Shown: positions 46,550-59,534 of the stretch, piece by piece
Numbering within the stretch: position 1 is the first letter of the stretch
Layout of the letters: every line of letters starts with the position of its first letter
Source of the DNA: Candidatus Krumholzibacteriia bacterium
Lineage (GTDB): Bacteria; Krumholzibacteriota; Krumholzibacteriia; JAJRXK01
Reading direction: 5' to 3'
Assembly: GCA_041484665.1 (NCBI GenBank)
Contig: JBGPIA010000010.1
Location: 32,001-96,000, forward strand
DNA length: 64,000 nt
Position numbers and translations under genes: made by a program
The notes under the pieces: generated by a model
What the model was told of the DNA's origin: nothing
Databases searched by the model: none
What the model saw: only the letters and a program-made list of their open reading frames with translations

Positions 46550-48064
46550 ATGCCACGTCCGTCCACCATCAAGCTCCTGCCCTTCCTGCTGCTCGCGATC
46601 GCCGCCCTATGGGGCTGCTCGAACGATCCTTCCCAGCCCACGCCACCTGTCAACGAGCCGCAAAACGGCGTGCTGCAGGCGATCGACCTCCACGGCGCGG
46701 GCGCGGACTTCGAGGTCCAGACCAACACCTCGGGCGATCCGTTGCATCCGCGTCAGGGGCCTTTCGCGGTCCGCGGTAGCAACCTCCATTACGACACCGA
46801 CCTGCACGCATTGGTGGTCGACCTCACGGCCATCAACCGCGGCCAGCGCCAGTTCCCCGAGCCCGTGACGCTCACGTTCGTGGCGCTGCTGCCCCCGGGC
46901 GTTACCGTACAGAATGCCGACAACGGCGAGACCGGAGCCGGAGCCCAGATCCAGTTCGCCTTCGCCAATGACGACAATCTCTGGAGCCCCGGCGAGGAAA
47001 GCCTCCCCAAGACGGTGAGGTTCGGGGTGGATGCCGGCGTCTCGATGGCCTTCGTCGGCCGCATCGACGTCGGGATCGCCGCCGGGTCGGGCGCCATCGG
47101 CGGGGTCGTCTGGAACGATGCGAACCGCGACGGGGTCGTGAATACCGACGAGGGTGGGATCGGCGGGGCGAAGGTGCGCCTGACCGCCGAGGGCATGGAG
47201 GCGCGCACCGCCACGACGCAGGATGACGGCGGCTACCGCTTCGATAACCTGCCGGCCGGCATGTACGTCGTGCAGAAGGTGCCGATGGCCGGGCTGGAGC
47301 CCACCACGCCCACCTCGATCACCGTACTGCTCGTGGAGCAGGACGGCACGGTGAGCGACTTCCTCATGGCCAATTTCGGCTGTGTGCGCCATCCGGTCGA
47401 CACACCGCCTACGATCGACGTGGGCGATGCCGTGAATGTCAGCGGGAAGTACTCCGGGCCCGCCACTGACCCCGCGACCGACGCTCACCGCATCGTGGCC
47501 GACGAGATCGTGGTCCGCAAGCACCGTCGCGACGCGAGCAGCTCGGCTCCGCCGACCGCAACCCCCTTCCATCCCGATCCCATCAGGTGGCTCGAGAATG
47601 GATGGCTCGCGGGCCCGGTGACCGACATCAACCTCGAGCGCAACGCGCTGCAGGTGATGGGCACATGGATCCACTTCGCCGCTGAAGACTCCAACGCAGT
47701 CTGGGAACCCGGCGGACCGTCTGGCATGCCCGGAATGCCGCCCGCGCTGAATGACGATCCGACCGACACTCCCGATTTCCCCCGCGGCGTGGATCTGAAG
47801 CTCGCGGACGTGCACGTGGGTGACCGCGTGGCGGTGCGCGTGTCCGGCGTGGTCTGTCCGGTGTGCGAAATGCCGACCATGCCGCTGAGGGGTTTGCACA
47901 TCCGTGCGTGGAAGGGCGAGCCCGAGAAGGCGGTGGGCCGCGCCGAGGTCGTCCTGCAGGAGCCCGACACCAATGGCGGACAGCGCCTGCTGGGGCTGAT
48001 CGTGCTACAGACCCACATCCAGATCACCAAGAACACGGTGATCCACGTCATCCCGGCGAAGTGA
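46550..48064 (+). CDS. Lipoprotein with SdrD-B-like domain and C-terminal DUF5666-like beta modules
   Basis: AAGGAG RBS; LWGC lipobox; IGGVVWNDANRDG..E.GIGG..V.L..T..DGGYRFDNLPAG.Y. Confidence 0.8.
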   Translation: MPRPSTIKLLPFLLLAIAALWGCSNDPSQPTPPVNEPQNGVLQAIDLHGAGADFEVQTNTSGDPLHPRQGPFAVRGSNLHYDTDLHALVVDLTAINRGQRQFPEPVTLTFVALLPPGVTVQNADNGETGAGAQIQFAFANDDNLWSPGEESLPKTVRFGVDAGVSMAFVGRIDVGIAAGSGAIGGVVWNDANRDGVVNTDEGGIGGAKVRLTAEGMEARTATTQDDGGYRFDNLPAGMYVVQKVPMAGLEPTTPTSITVLLVEQDGTVSDFLMANFGCVRHPVDTPPTIDVGDAVNVSGKYSGPATDPATDAHRIVADEIVVRKHRRDASSSAPPTATPFHPDPIRWLENGWLAGPVTDINLERNALQVMGTWIHFAAEDSNAVWEPGGPSGMPGMPPALNDDPTDTPDFPRGVDLKLADVHVGDRVAVRVSGVVCPVCEMPTMPLRGLHIRAWKGEPEKAVGRAEVVLQEPDTNGGQRLLGLIVLQTHIQITKNTVIHVIPAK

Positions 48065-48240
48065 AGGGAGACGCAGGAGACGATTCCGACGAAATGCCTG
48101 GGGGGATTGCTTCACGACGCGCTCCGCATCCCCTCCAGGCCCGGCGGGTCCGGCGCTCACGCGTCGGCCCGTCTGCCGCGGCTGGTCGCGCGACGCCTTA
48201 TCACCGTAGCCCCACACCGGACCGGCCGCGGCCCTTTCGC

Positions 48241-48279
48241 AGCGCCCCCCGCCCCACGGCGGGGGGCGCTTTGTGTGTT
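48241..48279 (+). terminator. Intrinsic terminator
   Basis: AGCGCCCCCCGCC-CCAC-GGCGGGGGGCGCT followed by TTGTGTGTT. Confidence 0.75.
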
Positions 48280-50246
48280 CAGCCCGGTACCAGCTCGTCG
48301 AGCGTGCGCAGGAAGTCGGACACCAACCCATCGAGTTCGCGTTGCGCTCGGGCCAGCGCCGCGCTGAGCGGCTCCCCCGCGGCGATCGCCTCGGAGAGCT
48401 CGAAGTAGTACTTGATCTTGGGCTCGGTGCCGCTGGGGCGCAGGAGCACGCTGGCACCACCGGCGAGCGTGAGCGCGATCACGTTGCTGCGGGGCAACTC
48501 GAGCCTCGCCGGCGCGCCGGCCGCGGCCCCCATCCCCCCCTGCACCGCCCGACTGCCGGACGCGCCGGGCGAGAGCGTGCGCAGCGTGCCCAGCGAGTAG
48601 TCGGCCACCTGCACCACCGCCCGGTCTGCGCCGATGCGTTGCGGTGTGTGGGCGCGGAAGGACTCCATGATCGCGGCGATGCGCGAGGAGCCCATCGCGC
48701 CCGGCAGCGTGACGCTGTGCTGGCGCGTGAGGAACAGCCCGAAGCGGCGGTAGATGCTCTCAAGGTACTGCAGCACGCTGAGCCCGCGCTGGCGGCACAC
48801 GGCGGCGAGCTCCACGAACATCAGGGCCGCGCCGATGCCGTCCTTGTCTGGCGTGACCTCCCCCACCGAGTAGCCGAGCGCCTCCTCGTAGCCCAGCAGC
48901 AAGCGCGCGTCCTCGCGAGCGGCGAGCTGCTGGGCGCGGTTGGCGATCCACTTGAAGCCGGTAAGCGTCTCGTCGTACCGGGCGCCCAGCTCGCGGGCCA
49001 TCTTCGAGAGCAGCCGCGAGCTGACGATGGTGGTCATCACCAGGGGCTTCGCGCCGGCCGGAAGCGCCGCTCCCAGGCGCTCGGTCAGCAGGTAGTAGCC
49101 CAGCACCGTTCCGATCTGGTCGCCGGTGAGCATCCGGTAGCGCGGCGCGGCGGCGGCTGGCATGGCCGCGGCGCTCGAGCGGCCGGCGACCGCGCCCGGC
49201 ACGCTTGCCGGACCGCCGGCCGTGGAGCCGCCCCGGTTACCGTCCCGGGCACCGTCCTGCGCGCCGTCCTGCGGCACTGCGACCGCGAGGCGGTCGGCGT
49301 CGGGATCGTTGGCCAGGACCAGGTCCGCGCGCACTTGCGCTGCCAGCGCCAGGGCCAGGTCCATGGCCCCCTTCTCCTCAGGGTTGGGAAACCGCACGGT
49401 GGGGAACTCGCCGTCCGGCTCGGCCTGCTGGGGTACGACGCTCAGCCGCGCGACCCCGTCGCGATCGAGTGCCGCACGCACGAGCTTGCCGCCCACACCG
49501 TGCATGGGCGTGTAGACGACCGTCAGCGCGCGCGGGACTTCGGGATGGCGGCGCAGCGCGGCGATGGCGTCGAGGTAGTCGGAAATCAACTGCGCGGGGA
49601 CCGGGCGGATCAGGCCAGCGCGGCGGGCGTCGTCCAGTCCGGCCAGAGGTACCTCGGCCAGGCCTTGGACCGACTCGATCGCGGCGCTGATGCCCTGGTC
49701 GTGCGGTGGGATGATCTGCGCGCCGTTGCTCCAATAGACCTTGAAGCCGTTGTACTCGGGCGGGTTGTGGCTGGCCGTGACGACGACGCCGGCCGCCGTG
49801 CGCAGGTGCTTGACGGCGAAGGCCACCAGCGGCGTCGGCGCGTACTCGGTGAAGGCGAGCACGGGGATGCCGGCGCCGGCGAGCACGCGCGCGGTGTCCT
49901 CGGCCAGCTCCCGCGACAGTCGCCGCCCGTCGTAGCCGACCACGACGCCGCGCGGCGCATCGGCCGCCGCCACGCGCAGCAGGTAGCGCGCGAGGCCCGC
50001 CGTCACGCGCCGCACCAGCGCGCGGTTCATGCGGTTGGGTCCTGGCCCCAGCACGCCGCGCAACCCGGCGGTGCCGAACTCCAGGCGCTGGCCGAAGGCG
50101 TCCTGCAGCTCGGCGAGCGCGCCCGCGTCGCCGCGCTGCGCGCCGTCGATCGTCGCTTTGAGCGCGGCACGCGCCGCGGGATCGGGGTCCTCGGCCAGCC
50201 ACGCCTGCGCGGCTGCCAGCAGGCCGCGCCGATCGTAAGGCGTCAC
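48279..50246 (-). CDS. Phosphoglucomutase/phosphomannomutase family protein
   Basis: FGTAGLRG, TASHNP, DPDADR, GYEEA and RPSGTEPKIK; GTGA overlap with the upstream gene. Confidence 0.95.
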   Translation of the reverse strand: MTPYDRRGLLAAAQAWLAEDPDPAARAALKATIDGAQRGDAGALAELQDAFGQRLEFGTAGLRGVLGPGPNRMNRALVRRVTAGLARYLLRVAAADAPRGVVVGYDGRRLSRELAEDTARVLAGAGIPVLAFTEYAPTPLVAFAVKHLRTAAGVVVTASHNPPEYNGFKVYWSNGAQIIPPHDQGISAAIESVQGLAEVPLAGLDDARRAGLIRPVPAQLISDYLDAIAALRRHPEVPRALTVVYTPMHGVGGKLVRAALDRDGVARLSVVPQQAEPDGEFPTVRFPNPEEKGAMDLALALAAQVRADLVLANDPDADRLAVAVPQDGAQDGARDGNRGGSTAGGPASVPGAVAGRSSAAAMPAAAAPRYRMLTGDQIGTVLGYYLLTERLGAALPAGAKPLVMTTIVSSRLLSKMARELGARYDETLTGFKWIANRAQQLAAREDARLLLGYEEALGYSVGEVTPDKDGIGAALMFVELAAVCRQRGLSVLQYLESIYRRFGLFLTRQHSVTLPGAMGSSRIAAIMESFRAHTPQRIGADRAVVQVADYSLGTLRTLSPGASGSRAVQGGMGAAAGAPARLELPRSNVIALTLAGGASVLLRPSGTEPKIKYYFELSEAIAAGEPLSAALARAQRELDGLVSDFLRTLDELVPG

Positions 50247-51160
50247 GGCGCCCTGCGCAGCCGCAGGCCGGGCAGGAGCTTTTCGCGCACGAGCGCCTCG
50301 GTCTCGTCGCGCAGCGCGCGACGCGCCACGTCCTCGATCGGCAAGAGCGGCCGGCGCACGTCGCCCCCGTGCAAGCCGCGCAGGTCCATCGCCGCCTTGA
50401 CCCCGGCGATCCCGAAGTCGGAGACGGCCAGCTTGGCCGCCGGGCGCATGCGCTCGTGCATGCGGCGGGCGTCGTCGGTGCGGCCTTCGCGCATCGCCCG
50501 CGCGATGGCGAGCATCGGCTCGGGGTAGACGTCGGCAGCCGCGAGGATCCCACCTGCCGCGCCGGCCTCCAGCGCCGGCTGGAAGATCGCGGCGTTGCCG
50601 CACAAGACCTGGAAGCTGCGCGGTACGCGCGCCAGCACCTCGCGCAGGTGGGCGAGATCGCCGCCGCTGTCCTTGAGCCCGGCGATGTTGGGATGCGCGC
50701 TCAGCTTCGCGATGGCCTCGCTCGACAGGACCATCCCCGTGCAGAACGGCATGTCGTACAGCAGCACCGGCCTGCGCGCGGCGTCGGCCACCGCAGTGAA
50801 GAAGGCGATCTGCGCCGCATTCCCCAGGTGCGTCTTGAAGTAATGCGGGGTCAAAACGAGCAACAGGCTCGCTCCGCAGTCCGCGGCGGCGTGGGCCAGC
50901 CGGATGGTCGCCGCGGTGGACTCGAGCCCCACGCCCGCGAGCAGGGGCTTGGCCGGCGGGATCACGCTGCGTGCGGCGCGCAGCAGCGCCAGCTTCTCCT
51001 CGTCCTCGAGCAACACCGCCTCGGCCGTGGTGCCCAGAATGAGATAGCCATCCACGCCCGCCTCTTCGTAACGCGCGATGTTCTCGACCAGGAGCTCGGG
51101 GGCGATGCGCTCGCCGCGGTACGGCGTAGTGAGCGGGAGCAGGACGCCGGAAAGCTGCAT
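50243..51160 (-). CDS. Dihydrodipicolinate synthase family aldolase
   Basis: GTTAE, LLYDMP and GLKDSGGD (Schiff-base Lys); GGAGG RBS. Confidence 0.92.
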   Translation of the reverse strand: MQLSGVLLPLTTPYRGERIAPELLVENIARYEEAGVDGYLILGTTAEAVLLEDEEKLALLRAARSVIPPAKPLLAGVGLESTAATIRLAHAAADCGASLLLVLTPHYFKTHLGNAAQIAFFTAVADAARRPVLLYDMPFCTGMVLSSEAIAKLSAHPNIAGLKDSGGDLAHLREVLARVPRSFQVLCGNAAIFQPALEAGAAGGILAAADVYPEPMLAIARAMREGRTDDARRMHERMRPAAKLAVSDFGIAGVKAAMDLRGLHGGDVRRPLLPIEDVARRALRDETEALVREKLLPGLRLRRAP

Positions 51161-51360
51161 GCGTGACCCTCCTCGAACGCGCTATGGGGGCGCCCGGCCG
51201 CCCCATTGTGGGCGCTGCGCGTGACCGCGTCCAGTGGGCGCGGCCGGCGTGCGGGGCTGTTGGCGGACTGTGTTGCGGGCTTGGATGCCCGCCGCCTCCC
51301 GGCGTAGCATCGGCGGGCCGCCGGCACCCGCGTCCCGCGCCGGCGTCACCCGCAGGGAGG

Positions 51361-52878
51361 ATGAACCTGGTGGAGACCACCACGCCCCAAGGCGCTATCG
51401 CGCCCGACCCCACCCTCACCAACCCGGACATCGCGCCGATCGCGCCGGCCCAGCGCACCTGGAACTGGTGGCACTACTGCTCGTTGTGGATCGGCATGTG
51501 CGTGTGCATCACCACGTACACGCTCGCCTCCGGGCTGATCGACTCTGGCATGTCATGGTCGCAGGCGCTGTGGACGATCTTCCTGGGTAATTGCATCGTG
51601 CTGCTGCCCATGCTGCTCAACGCCCACGCCGGGACGCGTTACGGGATCCCCTTCCCCGTATTCGCCCGGGCCTCGTTCGGCGTGCTGGGCAGCAACGTGC
51701 CGGCGCTGCTGCGCGCGCTGGTGGCGTGCGGCTGGTTCGGAATCCAGACCTGGATCGGCGGCGCGGCGATCTACCAGCTCACGCGCTTGCTGTGGCCGGG
51801 CGTGGCGCACCTGCCCAATGTGGTGCCGGCCTTCGTCGGCATCTCCACGGGGGAGTTCGCCGCCTTCCTGCTCTTCTGGGCCATCAACGTCTGGTTCATC
51901 TGGCACGGGACCGAGTCGATCAAGTGGCTGGAGTCGGTGTCGGCGCCGTTCTTGATCCTGGTGGGGCTCTCGCTCTTGGCCTGGGCCTACGTCAAGGGCG
52001 GCGGCTTTGGGCCGATCCTGGCCCGACCCGCGCGCTTCGCCACCCAGGGTGAGTTCCTGCGGGTGTTCTTCCCATCGCTGACCGCCATGGTCGGCTATTG
52101 GGCCACGCTTTCGCTGAACATCCCCGACTTCACGCGCTACGCGCGCAGCCAGCGCGATCAGATGGTGGGCCAGGCGCTGGGCCTGCCTGCCACCATGACG
52201 CTGTTCGCGTTCATCGGCGTGGCGGTCACTAGCGCGACGGCGATCATCTTCGGGACCGACCACGTGATCTGGGACCCGGTCGAGCTCCTGGGACGCATCG
52301 GCGGGCCGCTGTCGGTGCTGCTGTCGATGCTGGCGCTCTCGGTGGCGACACTCACCACCAACCTCGCGGCAAACGTGGTTTCGCCGGCCAACGACTTCAG
52401 CAATCTGGCGCCGCGTAGGATCTCGTTTCGCACCGGTGGCATGATCACCGCGGCGGTGGGCGTGGTGATCATGCCGTGGAAGCTGCTGCAAACTTCCCAC
52501 GGGTACATCTTCACGTGGCTGATCGGCTACTCGGCGCTGCTGGGACCGGTCGGCGGCATCTTGATCGCCGACTACTTCGTGCTGCGGCGCCAGCATCTGG
52601 TGCTCGCGGATCTCTACCGGCGCGGCGGACAGTACGAATACCGGCGCGGCGTGAACGGCGCGGCGCTGGCAGCGTTGGCGGCCGGCGTGGCACCCAACGT
52701 CCCCGGCTTCTTGAGCCAGGCCTTCCCCGTCCGATTCGGCGGCATCCCGGGCGCGCTCAAAGGGGTCTACTCGTATGCATGGTTCGTCGGGTTCGCCATC
52801 GCAGGGGCCGTATACCTAGCACTGATGGCCCGGCACCGGCGCGAGCTGGCGGCGGCGGCGGCCGCCTCTCATCCCTGA
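51361..52878 (+). CDS. NCS1 nucleobase:cation symporter-1
   Basis: GTRYGIPFPV, GWFGIQTW, LNIPDFTRY and NLAANVVSPAND; GGGAGG RBS. Confidence 0.95.
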   Translation: MNLVETTTPQGAIAPDPTLTNPDIAPIAPAQRTWNWWHYCSLWIGMCVCITTYTLASGLIDSGMSWSQALWTIFLGNCIVLLPMLLNAHAGTRYGIPFPVFARASFGVLGSNVPALLRALVACGWFGIQTWIGGAAIYQLTRLLWPGVAHLPNVVPAFVGISTGEFAAFLLFWAINVWFIWHGTESIKWLESVSAPFLILVGLSLLAWAYVKGGGFGPILARPARFATQGEFLRVFFPSLTAMVGYWATLSLNIPDFTRYARSQRDQMVGQALGLPATMTLFAFIGVAVTSATAIIFGTDHVIWDPVELLGRIGGPLSVLLSMLALSVATLTTNLAANVVSPANDFSNLAPRRISFRTGGMITAAVGVVIMPWKLLQTSHGYIFTWLIGYSALLGPVGGILIADYFVLRRQHLVLADLYRRGGQYEYRRGVNGAALAALAAGVAPNVPGFLSQAFPVRFGGIPGALKGVYSYAWFVGFAIAGAVYLALMARHRRELAAAAAASHP

Positions 52879-53438
52879 GCGGGCGGCCCCTGGCCCGTGA
52901 CCCGAGCACGGGGCGCCGCGCCCGCCCAAAGCGCCTGCTCCTCCACGCGGATGCGCGCGCGCAGCACCAGCGCGTTCGCGGTTCCCAGCACGAGCGCCGT
53001 CAGCCACGCGGTGTGGATCAGCGGCAGCGCGGGGACCTCCAGCAGGACGGCGGCGTAGTTCGGGTGGCGTAGCCACCGGTAGGGCCCGTGGCGCACTAAC
53101 GGAACACCGGGGAGCACGAGCACACCCAGCGTCCAGCGCTCGCGCAGTGTGGCGATCACCCAGTAGCGCACCGCCATGGTGCAAGTCAGAGCCACAAGCC
53201 CCGCAGCAGCGAGCCACGGCAGCAACGGCCGGCGCAGCAGCCAGACCTCCGCGGGGCAGGCCACCAGCCACGCCGTGTGCAGGCCGACGATCCACGCGAG
53301 CTGCCCGCTGCCGGCGCAAAGCGCTCCGCGCGCGCGCAACCAGCGCTCGTGGCGCAGCGATACCGCCACCTCCAGCACGCGCTCGGCGGCAACGACAGCG
53401 ACCAGGATGGTGTAGAGCATCCGCGTGTCGGTGATCAC
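52869..53438 (-). CDS. Isoprenylcysteine carboxyl methyltransferase family protein (SrsB/BpsB-like)
   Basis: AERVLE, LHTAWL, GPYRWLRHPNY and RIRVEEQAL; downstream of a type III PKS. Confidence 0.9.
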   Translation of the reverse strand: MITDTRMLYTILVAVVAAERVLEVAVSLRHERWLRARGALCAGSGQLAWIVGLHTAWLVACPAEVWLLRRPLLPWLAAAGLVALTCTMAVRYWVIATLRERWTLGVLVLPGVPLVRHGPYRWLRHPNYAAVLLEVPALPLIHTAWLTALVLGTANALVLRARIRVEEQALWAGAAPRARVTGQGPPAQG

Positions 53439-53525
53439 GATGGGCTCACGTTCGTGCGAGGCGCTGGTCGTGCCACGGGCACGATCCGCCGTAGCGCGGC
53501 TCGCGCCTTCGCAGCCCCGGCGCGG

Positions 53526-54626
53526 CTACCACTGCAGCAGCAGCAGCTCGGTACAGAAGCCCGGGCCCATGGCCAGGAGCACGCCGAGGCTGCCCGGCGG
53601 CGGCCGGCGCTGGTCGATCGTGTCGCCGAGCACGAGCAGCACGGAGGCCGACGACATGTTGCCCATCTGTCGCAGGCTCTCCCAGGCCAGACCCAGCTCG
53701 CCCTGTGTCAGCTCCAGGGCCTCCTCGACCGCCTCCAGCACCCGCGGCCCGCCCGGATGGCAGACCCAGCTCGCAATGTCGCGACGGCTCAGCCCCTGCT
53801 CGGCCAGGAATGTCTCCACGTCGCTGCGCAGGCACTCGCGAGCGATCTCGGGGATCCTGGGCGACAGCAGGATCTGGAATCCGCGCTCGGAGATCCGCCA
53901 GCCCATCAGGTGCTCGGAATCGGGGTAGAACACGCTGCGCGTGGCGAGGATGCGAGGGCCGCCGTTGGCTCGGGCATCGGCGTGGGCGTTCGCGCGCTCG
54001 GCCTGCTCCGCGCGCTCGGCGCGCTCGGCGCCCAGCAGCACGACCGCCGCGGCGCCATCGCCGAAGAGCCCGGTCGCGATCAGATTCGCCACCGACAGGT
54101 CGTCCTTCTGCACGGTGAGCGAGCACAGCTCGACGGACAGCGCGATCGCAACGCCGCCGGGATGGCCATGCAGGTAATCGGCGGCGCGCGCCAGGGCGGC
54201 CGCCCCTCCGGCACACCCCAGCCCGAACAGCGGCGTGCGCTTGACGCGCGCCGGCAGGCCCAAGCGATTCATGAGGCGGGCGTCCAGCGAGGGCGTGGCC
54301 AGCCCGGTGACCGTGACGAAGACGAAGGCGTCCGCATCGGACAGCGGCACGCCGGCGCGGGTGAAGGCGTCGCGCACGGCAGCCTCCCCCACCTGCTGGG
54401 CGACGCGGATCCATGCGTCGTTGGCCTGTCCGAACGTCTGCAGCTGGTCGTACTCGGCGAGCGGGAGCGCGAGGTAGCGCCCGCCCACCAAGACCTTCTG
54501 GTGCAGCGACTCCAAGCGGTCCAGCGGCACGCCGCCCCGCGCCCAGATGCGGCGCAGCTCGGTGGCGAGCTCGTGCTGGCCGTAATAATGGGGAGGGAAG
54601 GCCCGGCCAACCGCGGCGATCTTCAC
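53526..54626 (-). CDS. Type III polyketide synthase (SrsA/BpsA-like)
   Basis: Catalytic triad GLGCAGG, CHPGGP and GNMSS; FGDGAAA; MGPGF. Confidence 0.95.
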   Translation of the reverse strand: MKIAAVGRAFPPHYYGQHELATELRRIWARGGVPLDRLESLHQKVLVGGRYLALPLAEYDQLQTFGQANDAWIRVAQQVGEAAVRDAFTRAGVPLSDADAFVFVTVTGLATPSLDARLMNRLGLPARVKRTPLFGLGCAGGAAALARAADYLHGHPGGVAIALSVELCSLTVQKDDLSVANLIATGLFGDGAAAVVLLGAERAERAEQAERANAHADARANGGPRILATRSVFYPDSEHLMGWRISERGFQILLSPRIPEIARECLRSDVETFLAEQGLSRRDIASWVCHPGGPRVLEAVEEALELTQGELGLAWESLRQMGNMSSASVLLVLGDTIDQRRPPPGSLGVLLAMGPGFCTELLLLQW

Positions 54627-54688
54627 GGCGGATCCTCGCGTCTGGGGGAGGCGGGCCCTGGTGCGCCCGTGCGCGGCGCACTGGGCCG

Positions 54689-54754
54689 GCCAGCATCCAC
54701 CCGTACCGACGGCCCGCCAGCGCCAGCGCCCACCCGTGCCGACGGCCGCCCGCC
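54689..54754. repeat. Intergenic ~33-bp imperfect tandem duplication
   Basis: GCCAGCATCCACCCGTACCGACGGCC... / GCCAGCGCCCACCCGTGCCGACGGCC... Confidence 0.75.
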
Positions 54755-54936
54755 AGCACCCGCCGGCTCTGGCCAGCGCGGGCAGAAGCCAGCCAGCGGC
54801 GGGTTCTCATGGCGAAGGCGCCGCGCTATCTTTGCCCGCAAGCATCGTAACGTCGCCCCGGTACGGGCGCCACCAGCGCGGCGCCGCCCGGTGCCACGCT
54901 GCGCCGCGTCGCTTCCCCGCGACTTTGAGGCGATCC

Positions 54937-55853
54937 GTGCCCGCGACCATCCTCGAGAGCATCCACGGCGAGGTGTTGCTGCGCGCCTGCGCCACCCACG
55001 CGGGCGACCCGCTGTGGCTGGCGTTCTGGAAGGCCGTCAGCTTCCTGGGCCAGCCCACGTTCTTCACCATCGCCCTGCCCGTGCTGTACGCGCTCTGCTC
55101 GCGCGCGTGGGCCAGCCGTTTCGCCGTGGGGTTTCTCACCTCGGCCTTCGTCAGCGAATGGATGAAGGCGCTGGTGGCGCGGCCGCGTCTCGACCTCCTG
55201 CGCTTCGGGTTGGCCGGGCCGCTGGAGAGCGGCGGTGCCGTCGACAGTTTCGCCTTCCCCAGCGGACACGTGGTGACCGGCATAGTGGTCTGGGGATGGA
55301 TCGCGCTGCGCTCGCCGTCGCGCTTGGTGCGCGCGGCCTGCATCGCGCTCATCGTGCTGCTGGCGGCGAGCCGGGTGGCGCTGTTGCGCCACGACCTGCT
55401 CGACGTGGCGGGCGGGCTGGCCGTGGGAGCGGCGGTGCTCGCGGCGCTGGCCGCCTTCGACCGCCGCCTGGTGCAGCGTTTGGCCGGGCTGCCGTGGGTC
55501 GAGCTGGCCGGTCTGTGGCTGGTGGTGGGCATCGCCGCACAGGCAGCAGCGCAGCTGCGCACGACGGCGATCGTGCTCGGCGGGCTGTGGGGGGTGGGCG
55601 CGGGAGCGGCCTGGTCGGCGGAGCGCGGGCTGGCCGACGCGCCGCCGTCTGCATTGCGCGCGCTGCTCGCGGCGGCGGTGTCGGTGCTGGTGGTGGGAGG
55701 CATCCGGGCAGCGGCGCAGCGCTGGGCACTCGACAGCGCGCCCGGGCTGTTCCTGCTGTTCGGCCTGGCGGGGATCTGGATCGGTGCGCTGGAGCAGCGC
55801 TGGGGCTCGCGCCGCCCCGGGCGCGCCGGTCAGCCCGGCGCCGGACGGACGAC

Positions 55854-55857
<4 letters not shown>
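54937..55857 (+). CDS. PAP2 family membrane phosphatase
   Basis: [13 protein letters not shown] and [13 protein letters not shown]. Confidence 0.9.
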
Positions 55858-58184
<2,327 letters not shown>

Positions 58185-58284
58185 GAGTGCGATCCTCCCG
58201 GGTCGCCCACGGGCGGTGCGAGGAGACGCGGCGCGCCGGAGCTACCCGCCGCGACCGATCCAGCACCCACGAGCGCCTTCTGTG

Positions 58285-58312
58285 GTATCGGCACCCGCCG
58301 GGGGCAGCTTGA
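58285..58312 (-). promoter_or_regulatory. Sigma28 (FliA/SigD)-like promoter upstream of the hybrid kinase
   Basis: TCAA-N16-GCCGATAC on the minus strand, about 100 nt before the start. Confidence 0.5.
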
Positions 58313-58511
58313 TCCGAAGCCCAAAGGTAGCGAGGGACATGCCGGGGCACAGCCGATACCGCAACTGGTTATGGAACAATGGATTGAGTTCGCAGGGGTG
58401 GCAGTACGACGGACGCCGCCGGGCGCGCGGCCCGGCCGCTCACGGCCTGCGGACGGCAACCTGCGGCCGGCCCGCAGCAAAGCCTCGCCGGGGTGCCCAG
58501 GCGGCGGCGCC

Positions 58512-59483
58512 TCAACTGCGCGCCACCACTCCGATCACGTTGGGCACGGGCCAGAAGATCCCGGGGCCGCCACCCGGCTCCGCCTCTTCTCCCTCGCGCC
58601 GGCCGACCTCTTCCAGGCGATGCTGGCCGACCGCCAGATACAGGCAGGCTTGCCGCCCGCCCTCGACGAAGATCGCGCTCGCAAGCGCCAGATCGTCGCT
58701 GGCCAGGCGGGCGTTGAACTCGCGTACCCCCAGCGGCGTCGCGCAGTGCACGAAGACGACCCACCCGCGCCGATCCACCGCGACCGCGGAGATGCCGTAG
58801 CGCTTCTCATCCTTCCAGGTCATGGGCTTGCCGGCGCAGTCGAGCAAGCGATAGCTCTGCACGATCGTGGCATACGACGCGCGCAGGTCGGCCAGATCGA
58901 AGCCGGCGCAATCGCGGCCGCAGATGCGCACGGCGGGCAGGCCGTCACGCTGCGGATGGAACGCCAGGAAACCGCCAAAGCGCCGGTTGTCGCGGCCATT
59001 GTTGACCACATCGCCGTCGACCATCAGTCCAGCGCTGCGCTGGTCGGGCAGATACAGCGAGGCGTTGATCACGGCCGTGAGTTGGAAGGCGCGTGCCCAC
59101 TGCGGCGCGCTGCGGCTGCCCCCGTGGGTGTGGGCGGTGAGCAGGCGCAGGTCCCAGCGCGCGGGGTCGATGCGCAGGAGCGTGATCAGCGTGTCATCGG
59201 GGGCTTGCGCGGGCGACGTGCCGCTGCCCGCGCCCAAGGAGAATGCGACGCGCTCGACCACCAGGCCCGGCGCGACTTCGGTGTGTCCCGGCGTGCGGGC
59301 GACCTCGCCCTGCAGGCGCCCGGTGGGACGCCGGTCATCGCGCGATGCGCGCTCCTCGCGAGCCCTGGCCGCCTGTGTCCCGCCCACCGCGCCACGGTTG
59401 CACCCGGCCGCGGACGCCACCGCGGTAGCACCGGCGCACGCCAGCACGAGAACCCCCGGCCACCGATGTGTGCGAGCACCCAT
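58512..59483 (-). CDS. Phosphodiester glycosidase (NAGPA/DUF2233-like) family protein, probable lipoprotein
   Basis: AAGC lipobox-like; LLRIDP, AVINASLY, IFVEGG and WPVPNVIGV. Confidence 0.7.
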   Translation of the reverse strand: MGARTHRWPGVLVLACAGATAVASAAGCNRGAVGGTQAARAREERASRDDRRPTGRLQGEVARTPGHTEVAPGLVVERVAFSLGAGSGTSPAQAPDDTLITLLRIDPARWDLRLLTAHTHGGSRSAPQWARAFQLTAVINASLYLPDQRSAGLMVDGDVVNNGRDNRRFGGFLAFHPQRDGLPAVRICGRDCAGFDLADLRASYATIVQSYRLLDCAGKPMTWKDEKRYGISAVAVDRRGWVVFVHCATPLGVREFNARLASDDLALASAIFVEGGRQACLYLAVGQHRLEEVGRREGEEAEPGGGPGIFWPVPNVIGVVARS

Positions 59484-59534
59484 GCATCATCCGATCGGCC
59501 AGGGTCAGCCGCCCGACCGCGGGGTCCGAAGTCA

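Noticed and set aside
51161..51360. Riboswitch upstream of the NCS1 transporter
   Set aside because: No purine, xanthine or TPP aptamer consensus was recognisable.
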